64,000 nt of DNA from an uncultured virus (IMG/VR IMGVR_UViG_3300049460_000260) (Duplodnaviria > Heunggongvirae > Uroviricota > Caudoviricetes). The stretch lies in IMG/VR virus record IMGVR_UViG_3300049460_000260. The stretch is one strand, 5' to 3'. The position numbers were made by a program, and so were the translations under genes. Within the stretch, counting starts at the first letter, position 1, and every line of letters starts with the position of its first letter. The notes under the pieces are model-generated. The model was given only the letters and a program-made list of their open reading frames with translations, searched no databases and was not told where the DNA came from. Below are positions 9,483 through 17,726 of the stretch, piece after piece.

Positions 9483-9988
9483 ACCGCCTTCTCATCGTCC
9501 TATCGTTTGCGCTCCTAACGTCCGGTTGCGCCACCCATTATCTTGGCGTGGATCCGAATGAGACGCCTTACTGGTCCATCGCCCAGGACCGGGCGAACGA
9601 AGTGGCCAGGCTGCAGGCCAAATCGATCCAGGATGGGTTCGCGCGCCAGCGGCTGGAGAACGAGTTGGCCGATGAGAAGGAGCGGCGTAGTGGGGCGTTT
9701 ATTGGGCGCACGTCCGCTGTCTGCAAGTTGGATGGATACCTGGCGAACGTCGCGGCTAATTACCGTGATCGCGGCGACTCCCAGCAAGACGCTCTGCCGC
9801 GCGTGATCCAGGGCTTCAACGGCGCGCTCGCGGACAAGATGGTGAACGTAACACAACTGTACCGGTATCGCATTCCGATCATCGTTGAGATGGTCTATAC
9901 GACCGGCCTCGTGCGCTATCACGCTCCGTACGTTGGTGGCGCAATTAACGACATCTGTATTGCCTCTGAAGGAACCTACATCAAATGA
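9479..9988 (+). CDS. predicted lipoprotein
   Basis: signal peptide MNRLLIVLSFALLTSG-C with lipobox-like cleavage site. Confidence 0.7.
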   Translation: MNRLLIVLSFALLTSGCATHYLGVDPNETPYWSIAQDRANEVARLQAKSIQDGFARQRLENELADEKERRSGAFIGRTSAVCKLDGYLANVAANYRDRGDSQQDALPRVIQGFNGALADKMVNVTQLYRYRIPIIVEMVYTTGLVRYHAPYVGGAINDICIASEGTYIK

Positions 9989-10230
9989 CTATCAAGACCG
10001 CAACCGTTTGGCAATCGTCGCACTCGGAACAGTTCTTTGAGACTCTCCAGCACGCGGAAGAGTTTGAGACCAAGATCGTTCCGCGTGTAACAGTCTCATC
10101 AATACTTCAGCACGAGGGTCGAATTGATTACACCGATAACCACGCAATCGACAAGATCGTTGCCGCGCTCGGAGAGTTGTGGGGCGTGCGCGGATTCGAG
10201 AAGCCTGTAACGTGTACTCCTGGAGGTTGA
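9985..10230 (+). CDS. hypothetical protein
   Basis: 81 aa, ATGA overlap. Confidence 0.6.
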   Translation: MTIKTATVWQSSHSEQFFETLQHAEEFETKIVPRVTVSSILQHEGRIDYTDNHAIDKIVAALGELWGVRGFEKPVTCTPGG

Positions 10231-10234
10231 TATC

Positions 10235-10348
10235 ATGTCCGATGTCTTCATTCGCTATGTCGAATACAAAGAGTACATGCGCAGCCGTTATCCGGCTTGG
10301 TCGATCCTGAGTTATCGCGACTGGTTGGACTTCGGATCGAAGCAGTAA
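10235..10348 (+). CDS. small hypothetical protein (37 aa, not in ORF track)
   Basis: GGAGG RBS, MSDVFIRYVEYKEYMRSRYPAWSILSYRDWLDFGSKQ. Confidence 0.55.
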   Translation: MSDVFIRYVEYKEYMRSRYPAWSILSYRDWLDFGSKQ

Positions 10349-10360
10349 GGATAACTGAAC

Positions 10361-10397
10361 ACTTCAGCGCTGAAGTACGCAGGTATAATTTCCTCAC
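10361..10397 (+). promoter_or_regulatory. promoter with TATAAT and a 16-bp palindrome in place of -35
   Basis: ACTTCAGCGCTGAAGT (10361-10376) followed by CAGGTATAATTTCCTCAC. Confidence 0.65.
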
Positions 10398-10441
10398 AAG
10401 ACAAGTTTGTCTTACCTTCATACACTCAGGAGAACGTAACA

Positions 10442-11191
10442 ATGTCGCACGGTCATCATCACCATCAAGAACACGCCCAAGAACAAGCAGCGCCGGTGGA
10501 ATTGACCGCCGAACAGAAGAAGCAGGCAGAGCGCGATGCCGCGAACGCCAAGAAGGAAGCGGAACGCAAGGAGAAGGCCGATGCGCGCGAAGCTGCGAAG
10601 GTGAAGAAGCAAGCGGAACGCGACGAGGCGAACGCCAAGAAGGAAGCGGAGCGCCAAGAAAAGGCTGCACAGCGCGACGCCGAAAAGGCAACGAAGGCTG
10701 CTGAACGTGCTGCGGCGCGCTCCGTCGAGCAGGAGAAGAAGAAGGAAGAGCGCGAAGCCGCGAAGGCCGCGAAGAAGCTGGAAAATGCCGAAGCGAAGGA
10801 CAAGGCGAAGGCTGACCGCGAAGCCGCCAAGGACGCAGCGAAGCAGGCGCGTGCCGCCGAAGTCGCGAAGCGTGCGGAACTGGTCGAGCAGCGCAAGGCT
10901 GCAACCAAGATCGAAGGCGAACGCCGCGCCAAGGCGACGCATGTGCGCCTGAATGCCGAAGGCTTCAGCAACCCGCAGTCCACGTCGATTCGCGGCAAGG
11001 TGCTCGAACATCTGCGCACGAACTACGCCGTGGACGACGAGATCGAGATCGACGTGCTGGCGAAGGAATGCAAGCCGCTGCTGTACGGCGCATCGGTGCG
11101 TTCGTTCCTGTCGAAGCTGGAAGAGCGCGGCCACCTGGACTTCGTGACGGCTGCTGCCGACGAAGCGCCGGAACAAGCTGCCGCTGAATAA
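10442..11191 (+). CDS. Ala/Lys/Glu-rich coiled-coil protein with small C-terminal globular (possibly winged-helix) domain
   Basis: AGGAG RBS, own promoter and terminator, internal KKQAERD.ANAKKEAER.EKA repeat. Confidence 0.75.
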   Translation: MSHGHHHHQEHAQEQAAPVELTAEQKKQAERDAANAKKEAERKEKADAREAAKVKKQAERDEANAKKEAERQEKAAQRDAEKATKAAERAAARSVEQEKKKEEREAAKAAKKLENAEAKDKAKADREAAKDAAKQARAAEVAKRAELVEQRKAATKIEGERRAKATHVRLNAEGFSNPQSTSIRGKVLEHLRTNYAVDDEIEIDVLAKECKPLLYGASVRSFLSKLEERGHLDFVTAAADEAPEQAAAE

Positions 11192-11217
11192 CGCCATCGG
11201 CGTAGCAGTAAAATGCG

Positions 11218-11244
11218 AAACCCGGACTTAGTGCCGGGTTTTTT
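11218..11244 (+). terminator. intrinsic terminator
   Basis: AAACCCGG-ACTTAGTG-CCGGGTTTTTT. Confidence 0.8.
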
Positions 11245-11273
11245 CTTCACCTGAACAAAAGTGATCGTCACTA

Positions 11274-12239
11274 ATGAGCAAAGTCATTATCGTCGGAGCG
11301 GGCCTCGCAGGACTCCTTACGGCATGCAAATTCCCGGTGGCAGAGATTTTCGAGAAGGGGAAAGAAGTTGAACAGCACAAGGCTCTTCTACGCTTTCGCG
11401 ATGAGTCCGTTTCTCATCTCACTGGCATTCCTTTCCGCGCTGTTACCGTCCGCAAAGGAATCCATTCTGGTGGACAGACTTATGGACAGTGCAACCCCGC
11501 GTTCGCGAACACGTATGCCAGGAAGGTCACCGGCCAGATCGCCGCTGATCGCAGCATCTGGAATCTCGACACGGCTGTGCGTTACATTGCGCCAGAAGAC
11601 TTCTATGCTCAGCTGGTCCATCGCCATCGTTCGCGCATCCAATTCGAGCAGTCGATTCAGGTCATCAGCCCGACCGAAGAGCGCGGCATCAAAGACCCGG
11701 TGATCAACACCGCGCCGCTGCCGGTGATTCTCCGTGCATGCGGCCTGCAGGCTGACTTCGGCTCTCGTGTGGCCTTCGAATCCAGCGGCATCGAAGTGCT
11801 GCGCTATCGTCTGCCGAAGGGCACGGACGTATTCCAAACGCTCTATTTCCCAGACCTGGATGTGCGCACGTTCCGCGCTTCTATTACCGGCGATCTGCTT
11901 ATCATCGAGCAAAAGACCAAGGACGTCACGTGCGCGCCGCGCTATACGGAGTCGGTGGAACTCTCGCACGTCTGCCAAGCCTTTGGCCTGGACGCCTGGG
12001 AAGACCTGACCGAACTGGAGCGTGTGGACCAGAAGTACGGCAAGATTGTCGAGATTCCGCGAGCGCAACGCGAGGCGCTGTTGCACGAACTAACGCGCGA
12101 CTACAACGTGTTCAGCATCGGGCGATTCGCGACCTGGCGCAATATCCTGCTGGATGATGTGGTGAAGGATATTGACATTGTCCAGCGTCTCATCGCGGCA
12201 TCGACGTATGGCCGCGAACTCGTGTTGGCCAACCGCTGA
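11274..12239 (+). CDS. FAD-dependent oxidoreductase (UDP-galactopyranose mutase / amine-oxidase-like fold)
   Basis: N-terminal VIIVGAGLAGL Rossmann motif; C-terminal IGRFATW..LLDDVV. Confidence 0.8.
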   Translation: MSKVIIVGAGLAGLLTACKFPVAEIFEKGKEVEQHKALLRFRDESVSHLTGIPFRAVTVRKGIHSGGQTYGQCNPAFANTYARKVTGQIAADRSIWNLDTAVRYIAPEDFYAQLVHRHRSRIQFEQSIQVISPTEERGIKDPVINTAPLPVILRACGLQADFGSRVAFESSGIEVLRYRLPKGTDVFQTLYFPDLDVRTFRASITGDLLIIEQKTKDVTCAPRYTESVELSHVCQAFGLDAWEDLTELERVDQKYGKIVEIPRAQREALLHELTRDYNVFSIGRFATWRNILLDDVVKDIDIVQRLIAASTYGRELVLANR

Positions 12240-12248
12240 GGTGATCTT

Positions 12249-12464
12249 ATGACGCCTAACGAGTCGTATAAACTCAAAGTTGATTATGCACTTGAGGTTC
12301 TTCTGCTGGAGTGTGGTGATGTCGAGATCGTGCGAGATCACTTGATGACCTGCAAAGTCCTTCTCAAGTATCCCAACGGTGAAGTGCGCGTCTACAGCGG
12401 CAAGGATCGGCACAACGCCATCGAACGCGCGGCGAGAGCGCACACCACGGTATTCGACAAATGA
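12249..12464 (+). CDS. hypothetical protein
   Basis: 71 aa, GAGGTG RBS. Confidence 0.65.
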   Translation: MTPNESYKLKVDYALEVLLLECGDVEIVRDHLMTCKVLLKYPNGEVRVYSGKDRHNAIERAARAHTTVFDK

Positions 12465-12841
12465 AATTCAAGACTCTGACTCGAAGCGAGAAGGCCGCAG
12501 CAAGAACGCAGTGGCGCAAGAAGTTCGTCATCTTCCCTCGCGAAGTCGCAGACGGAGAATATGTCTGGCTGGGAGTTGTCGAGTTCAGAGAGAAGAAAAT
12601 CCATTGCACCTCACCCGGTCTGCGTCCGTACTTCTTCCGTGACCAGTACCGCGCTGTGGGTTCGGAGTCCGATGGGCATCCTGTTATGCCTGACCGGACT
12701 CCGCCACCCATGCCGAAGGTGCTCAATCCTGCTGTAACGAAGCGCCTGGTCATACCTCAGCCGCGCTGCATCGGATGTACCGGCCCCTACAACCCGAACG
12801 CCTGCGATTGGTGCGAGCCGTACCCGCGCAGCGAAGCCTAA
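12461..12841 (+). CDS. hypothetical protein with C-terminal Cys4 motif
   Basis: CIGC...CDWC; ATGA overlap. Confidence 0.6.
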   Translation: MKFKTLTRSEKAAARTQWRKKFVIFPREVADGEYVWLGVVEFREKKIHCTSPGLRPYFFRDQYRAVGSESDGHPVMPDRTPPPMPKVLNPAVTKRLVIPQPRCIGCTGPYNPNACDWCEPYPRSEA

Positions 12842-12864
12842 CCGCCTTACAAAAGGAGTGTATC

Positions 12865-13455
12865 ATGATGTACTTTCCAGAGCCTGCGCAGTCCCGTAAC
12901 CCGCTGTACATCTTCGATCTGGACGGCACGCTTGCGCTGATCGAGCATCGGCGCTATCTGGTCGAAGCGCGCGAGACTTGCCCGGAATGCAAGGGCACTG
13001 GCTTCGATCCTGTGACCAGCGACGCAAGCAATCATCCGTGCGTTGTCTGCGACGGAAAGCAAACGGTCAAGCGCACCCCAGATTGGAATGCCTTCTTCGA
13101 AGCGTGCGACAAGGACTTGCCGAACTGGCCCGTGATCGGTACGTTGCTGCAGTTGTATAGCGTTGGCTGCGACATCCGTATCTGGAGCGGTCGGAGCGAT
13201 GCCGTCAAGCAGAAGACATTGATGTGGCTGCATTCGGCCACCCGTATTCCGTTGATCAAGCTGGAGTGTATGCTGAAGATGCGCGAGGCCGCAGACTTCA
13301 CGCCCGATGAGCAGCTTAAGCGCAAGTGGCTCAACACGATGGGCAAGCAGGAGCGTCAGCGCGTCGCGGCTGTCTTCGATGACCGCAGCAAGGTCGTCGC
13401 GATGTGGCGTGAAGCCGGTGTCGCGTGCTTCCAGGTCGCACCGGATGAGTTTTAA
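12865..13455 (+). CDS. HAD phosphatase (PNKP 3'-phosphatase-like) with zinc-finger insertion
   Basis: FDLDGT, WSGR, K, FDDR motifs; AAGGAG RBS before 12865. Confidence 0.8.
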   Translation: MMYFPEPAQSRNPLYIFDLDGTLALIEHRRYLVEARETCPECKGTGFDPVTSDASNHPCVVCDGKQTVKRTPDWNAFFEACDKDLPNWPVIGTLLQLYSVGCDIRIWSGRSDAVKQKTLMWLHSATRIPLIKLECMLKMREAADFTPDEQLKRKWLNTMGKQERQRVAAVFDDRSKVVAMWREAGVACFQVAPDEF

Positions 13456-13490
13456 TTCACTATAGTGTGCTTTGTGGACGGTGAGAGCGT

Positions 13491-13508
13491 CAGGTAAGAT
13501 TCTCTCAC
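13491..13508 (+). promoter_or_regulatory. promoter motif CAGGTAAGATTCTCTCAC
   Basis: near-identical to the motifs at 10380 and 56778. Confidence 0.55.
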
Positions 13509-13533
13509 TGAAACGAACTGCGGTAGAAGGTAA

Positions 13534-13854
13534 ATGAAACACCCTCTTGAACGCCACTTCAAAGCCTTCGCTGAGCACAAGATCGAAGGCGCGACATACG
13601 ATGAACTGGCCCTGAAGTATGGCGTGTCGAAGCAGCGCATCGAGCAGCTTTGCAAGAGTGCCATCGTCAAACTCGAATTGGACCGCATTCCGGCGAGCAA
13701 GATAACGCCGCAGGATATCGGCCTGGCAATCCAGCGCACCGTTGAATCGTACATCACGCGCCATCACCGCACAGGGACTCCAGAATGGTTTCAAAGAGTG
13801 CTAAGAGAAGAGCGCGAGGAAGATCAAAGAGGCTGGCTGTACCGCAACTTGTAG
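13534..13854 (+). CDS. sigma-70 region-4-like HTH protein
   Basis: EGATYDELALKYGVSKQRIEQLCKSAIVKL resembles the sigma4 HTH pattern. Confidence 0.65.
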   Translation: MKHPLERHFKAFAEHKIEGATYDELALKYGVSKQRIEQLCKSAIVKLELDRIPASKITPQDIGLAIQRTVESYITRHHRTGTPEWFQRVLREEREEDQRGWLYRNL

Positions 13855-13916
13855 TCAGCGGCTTATCACCGTATTTACCAACCGTCGCTGAGGCGACAAG
13901 AAAGGAGCAGAAAGAG

Positions 13917-14369
13917 ATGAGCAACAATCGTGACGCGATGCACGCAGCCGCTGGCGCTATGTTCGCAAAGCAGGTGAACCAAGAGCAGGCACCTGCAGAG
14001 GTTACCAAGAAGCCGCAGAACCGTGGACCGCGCGTCGTGCTGAATATGAAGGACGACTTCCGCCTGACGCAGTGGCTGCACCAGCGCGAGCCGGTGTACA
14101 ACGAGCAACCCGCTGACATCTTCGCGCAGGCGCTGATCGAGTTGACGCAGCCGTCCATCGAAGGGCTGAACGTCGATCACATCAAGACGCGTATGGCAGC
14201 GTTCGCGGATTCGCTGCCGAAGGCGAAGGGCGCACCGTTGTCTGTCGAGCAGCGTCTGGAGCGTCTGGAGCACATTGTCGATGCAATCCTCAAGCCGCAC
14301 ATCACGCCAAGGGGGTTGAACGACAACGATTTCAGCTTGATGCACGACTTCTTCAACCGCCAGCAGTAA
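13917..14369 (+). CDS. hypothetical protein
   Basis: AAAGGAG RBS; 150 aa. Confidence 0.7.
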   Translation: MSNNRDAMHAAAGAMFAKQVNQEQAPAEVTKKPQNRGPRVVLNMKDDFRLTQWLHQREPVYNEQPADIFAQALIELTQPSIEGLNVDHIKTRMAAFADSLPKAKGAPLSVEQRLERLEHIVDAILKPHITPRGLNDNDFSLMHDFFNRQQ

Positions 14370-14426
14370 CCCTTCGGACAGGTCCGTATGCGATAATACG
14401 GACCTCGCCAATAGAAAGGACAGAAA

Positions 14427-15311
14427 GTGAAAGTCACCCTCATCAGCCACACCCCAGACGCTCTGAACTTGCTCATCGGCACGAAGACCACGCGGATGCG
14501 CGGCAAGTCGCCTGAAGAAATGACGGACTCCGAACGATATGAGCACTTCCAGTACATGCTCGACACGATCAAGTCGCCGTTTGAGTTCGTTGACTACGTG
14601 TTTGAAATCACGGAAGTCTCGAAGAACTTCACCCACCAACTCGTGCGCACGCGTACCGGCGCGTACCAGCAGGAGACCAGTCGCGCGCTCGAAGTCACCG
14701 AGACGGTAAGGCCGGATGCGTTTGCCTATCCGGATGAGTCCGAAGACCACGGCGACGGCAACGTGCTGCTGGCGGAACTCTTTGACGACGCCGTTGCCGA
14801 CGCCAACGCGCACTACAAACAACTGATCGCCGCTGGTGCCGCGCTCCAAGACGCTCGCGCCGTTCTGCCGTCGAATATGCAGACGGCGATCAAGGCAAAG
14901 TTCAACCTTCGTACGATGTCGGAGATGGCCAAGAACCGTCTCTGCGCCCGTACCCAAGGCGAGTACCAGCAAGCCTACCGGCTCATGCGCGCGGCTGTTC
15001 TCGCGGTGCATCCGTGGGCTGATCCGCTTCTCCAAGTCGCCTGCGTTGCGACCGGCCAGTGCGCCTTCCCGCGTTGGGGCGGCGCTGAAGTCTATCGCGG
15101 CGATGACTACATTGGCTGGCGCGAAGACGGTGCTGTCTTGCTTGGCAGCAAGACTGATCCGGGCAAGTACGACATGGTCAAATTCCAATGCCCGCATTAC
15201 CGTCCATGGATGGCCCTGTCCAAGCAGAAAGAGGAACTTCGGATATCGTTCTGGAGCCGCGACGAGATCGCACAGGCCAACCCGATCGCCAAAGACGGCA
15301 AGAGCATGTAG
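14427..15311 (+). CDS. thyX: flavin-dependent thymidylate synthase-like protein (divergent active site)
   Basis: SPFEF, HQLVRTR, DARAVLP, NLR, RLC motifs; RHRx7S reads RTRx7T. Confidence 0.85.
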   Translation: MKVTLISHTPDALNLLIGTKTTRMRGKSPEEMTDSERYEHFQYMLDTIKSPFEFVDYVFEITEVSKNFTHQLVRTRTGAYQQETSRALEVTETVRPDAFAYPDESEDHGDGNVLLAELFDDAVADANAHYKQLIAAGAALQDARAVLPSNMQTAIKAKFNLRTMSEMAKNRLCARTQGEYQQAYRLMRAAVLAVHPWADPLLQVACVATGQCAFPRWGGAEVYRGDDYIGWREDGAVLLGSKTDPGKYDMVKFQCPHYRPWMALSKQKEELRISFWSRDEIAQANPIAKDGKSM

Positions 15312-15369
15312 CGCTCGACTTTGGCTAGTACCGATCTTACATCATCAACCGAACCCTCTAGGAGCAGCA

Positions 15370-16323
15370 ATGCCCCGTACCATCAACGACAACATCGCAA
15401 TTTTCGACATCGACGGCTGCATTGCCGACGACCTTTGGCGTCGCAAGCGCATTCCGGAGGGCGCGAGCACTTCGGCTGATTATGACGCGTACCACGCCTT
15501 GTGCGATTCCGACGCCAAGCTTGCTGCCGGCGCTTCGATCCTGCAGGAGCGCATCGACAACGGTGATTTCATCGTTTTCTGCACCGCGCGTCCAATCAAG
15601 GTCGCAGCGAAGACCTGCGATTGGATCAAGCGGATGTTCGGAATCGAGCCGCAGGCCGATTTCATGATCCTGATGCGCAAGGACGACGACAACCGAAGCG
15701 CGCTGGATGTGAAGTCCGAGATGGTCGGTTGGATGCGCGGCTATGAGAAGGAATCTGGACGCACGATTTTCGCCGCCTATGACGACCGTCAAGACATCGT
15801 CGCAATGTACGGCGCATCCGGCATCGACGCCTGGTTGCTGGACTCTGACGGTGCGCGCCGGTTGCCGAAGGAAGTGGAGGAAGCCGCGCCGCTGGGTGCT
15901 TCGGTTGACGGGTATCCTACCACCACCGAAGCGATCCGCGCCCAAGGGTTAGCAGCGCTCGCGGCTCAGGACAAGCAACCTGAGCAACCGGAACGTCTCG
16001 CGCCGCGCACCGCAGCGGATGTCCTGACCGACGCTGCCGCGATCTTTCGCGAGCGGAACGCGAACTACAAGGACAACGCCGTGCTGGTCGGCAACGTGAT
16101 GAAGGCGCTCTTCCCGAACGGCGTGGTCATCCATTCGGCAGCGGACCACCACCTCTATCACCTCTTTGAGTTGATGATCGTGAAGCTGACACGCTTCGTC
16201 AAGAGCGATCTGAAGCACAAGGACTCGATCCACGACCTGGCCGTGTACGCCGCCATGCTGGAGCCGCTGCTGGAAAAGCACGGCATCGTCGTAGCACAAC
16301 CCGGCCACAACATCACTTTCTGA
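15370..16323 (+). CDS. HAD phosphatase fused to a DUF6378/Nmad1-like helical domain
   Basis: N-terminal FDIDG, CTAR, YDDR; C-terminal ERNANY...MIVKLTRF...HKDSIHDLAVYAAML. Confidence 0.75.
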   Translation: MPRTINDNIAIFDIDGCIADDLWRRKRIPEGASTSADYDAYHALCDSDAKLAAGASILQERIDNGDFIVFCTARPIKVAAKTCDWIKRMFGIEPQADFMILMRKDDDNRSALDVKSEMVGWMRGYEKESGRTIFAAYDDRQDIVAMYGASGIDAWLLDSDGARRLPKEVEEAAPLGASVDGYPTTTEAIRAQGLAALAAQDKQPEQPERLAPRTAADVLTDAAAIFRERNANYKDNAVLVGNVMKALFPNGVVIHSAADHHLYHLFELMIVKLTRFVKSDLKHKDSIHDLAVYAAMLEPLLEKHGIVVAQPGHNITF

Positions 16324-16325
16324 TT

Positions 16326-16505
16326 ATGCCACTCGAAATCAAACGCATCGCAGACCGCGTTACGCTTACTAGCAAGGAGGTCGAAGCGCTGGTCAAAGAT
16401 TATGTCGCGCAGCAGACCGGACGCTATGTCAGCCAGGTCGAATTCCACCACGGTCGTAATTGCGACCTTGGTGCGGCCACCGTTTATCTCGAATTCAAGG
16501 ATTAA
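16326..16505 (+). CDS. small hypothetical protein (59 aa, not in ORF track)
   Basis: MPLEIKRIADRVTL...VYLEFKD fills the gap with 2-nt spacings on both sides. Confidence 0.6.
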   Translation: MPLEIKRIADRVTLTSKEVEALVKDYVAQQTGRYVSQVEFHHGRNCDLGAATVYLEFKD

Positions 16506-16507
16506 CT

Positions 16508-17188
16508 GTGACAACGAAACGAATCTTAGTCACCGGCTCTTCGAGCGGTCTGGGCGCGGCGCTGTGCGTCGCTCTTCGCGATGCCGGCCACTTCGTGTAC
16601 GAATACGACTTTCTGCACGGCGATGACGTGACCAATCCGTCCAGCTGGCTGGTCGGCGTCGATGAACTGGACGCGCTCATCAACTGCGCCGGTATCAACG
16701 ACAACCGCTGGTTTGAGGAAGTTGGCCCAAACGACTTCTTCAGGCTGATGGACGTGAATGCGTTCTCTTTCGTAAAGATGACGCAAGCGCTCTTGACGCC
16801 TTTGAAGGCTTCGCGCGGCTTTGTGATCAATATCGTGTCGAACGCTGCCGCGATGCCGATGACTTCGTCACTGAGCTACAACGCGTCGAAGGCTGCGGCC
16901 TTGATGATCACGAAGCAGATGGCGCACGAGTTGACTCCCAAGTACGGCATCACCGTCTTCAGCGTCTCACCGAACAAACTGGCGGGCACCGAGATGTCGC
17001 GACAGATCGAACAGAACGTGCAGAAGGTGCGCGGCTGGTCGCCTGAGTTCGCAAAGGAGTACCAGTGCAAGGCGTTGATGCACGGCTTGGAGACGCCGCC
17101 TGAAGCCGTCGCGGAACTGATTAGCTCGCTGCTGACGCAAGGCAACGCGCTGTATCTGTCCGGCTGTGACATACCGTTCGGCAAGTAA
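16508..17188 (+). CDS. short-chain dehydrogenase/reductase (SDR)
   Basis: TGSSSGLG, NCAG, catalytic S and YNASK; GTG start after AAGGA. Confidence 0.9.
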   Translation: MTTKRILVTGSSSGLGAALCVALRDAGHFVYEYDFLHGDDVTNPSSWLVGVDELDALINCAGINDNRWFEEVGPNDFFRLMDVNAFSFVKMTQALLTPLKASRGFVINIVSNAAAMPMTSSLSYNASKAAALMITKQMAHELTPKYGITVFSVSPNKLAGTEMSRQIEQNVQKVRGWSPEFAKEYQCKALMHGLETPPEAVAELISSLLTQGNALYLSGCDIPFGK

Positions 17189-17197
17189 GGACTCCTG

Positions 17198-17506
17198 ATG
17201 GAAACCAAAATCTACATCAGCGGTCCTGTGACTGGGATTCCGGACGGTAACAAGCCGGAATTCGACAAGATCGCCGCGCGTCTGATGCTGGCTGGCGCGC
17301 GGTACTTCAACCCGCAAGACATCCTTGCGCCGCCTGCGTCGATGACGGACAAGGAAGAAATCTGGCGCTACTACATGCGCCGGTGCGTCAAAGAGATTCC
17401 GGACTGCACACAGATTTGGATGCTGCCGGGTTGGGAGCGCAGTCGCGGCGCTTGCTGGGAACGGAACATTGCCGAGATGCTTGGCCTGCTGGTCGTCCAA
17501 CTGTAA
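17198..17506 (+). CDS. DUF4406 / nucleoside 2-deoxyribosyltransferase-like protein
   Basis: KIYISGPVTG..N...F, NP, MLPGWERSRGACWE..A..LGL. Confidence 0.8.
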   Translation: METKIYISGPVTGIPDGNKPEFDKIAARLMLAGARYFNPQDILAPPASMTDKEEIWRYYMRRCVKEIPDCTQIWMLPGWERSRGACWERNIAEMLGLLVVQL

Positions 17507-17515
17507 GGAGTACGT

Positions 17516-17725
17516 ATGTCAAAGGAACTGCGCGAGGCAGTAAATGACCTCGCATTTGATGACGAAGCCGCTGCAGAAGTCGTGCTTCGTTTCGTCCAGA
17601 TCATGAACAATGACGAGCATGCACAAAGCGCGTCGTCTATGATTCTGAATCTCGGCAAGGCGCTCATGGAAATCGAAGAAGCCGAAGCCGGTGAAGACCA
17701 AGAACCCGATTCACAAGGAAACTGA
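17516..17725 (+). CDS. small acidic protein
   Basis: AAGGAG RBS; 69 aa, Asp/Glu-rich. Confidence 0.65.
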   Translation: MSKELREAVNDLAFDDEAAAEVVLRFVQIMNNDEHAQSASSMILNLGKALMEIEEAEAGEDQEPDSQGN

Positions 17726-17726
17726 A

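Noticed and set aside
13875..15197. 440-aa minus-strand ORF
   Set aside because: Antisense shadow of thyX and its neighbour in GC-rich DNA; no motif or RBS.
14836..15369. N-terminal 178 aa of the 495-aa ORF-track call
   Set aside because: Overlaps thyX in another frame; the real start is ATG 15370 after AGGAG. No slippery site was seen to suggest a ThyX-HAD frameshift fusion.
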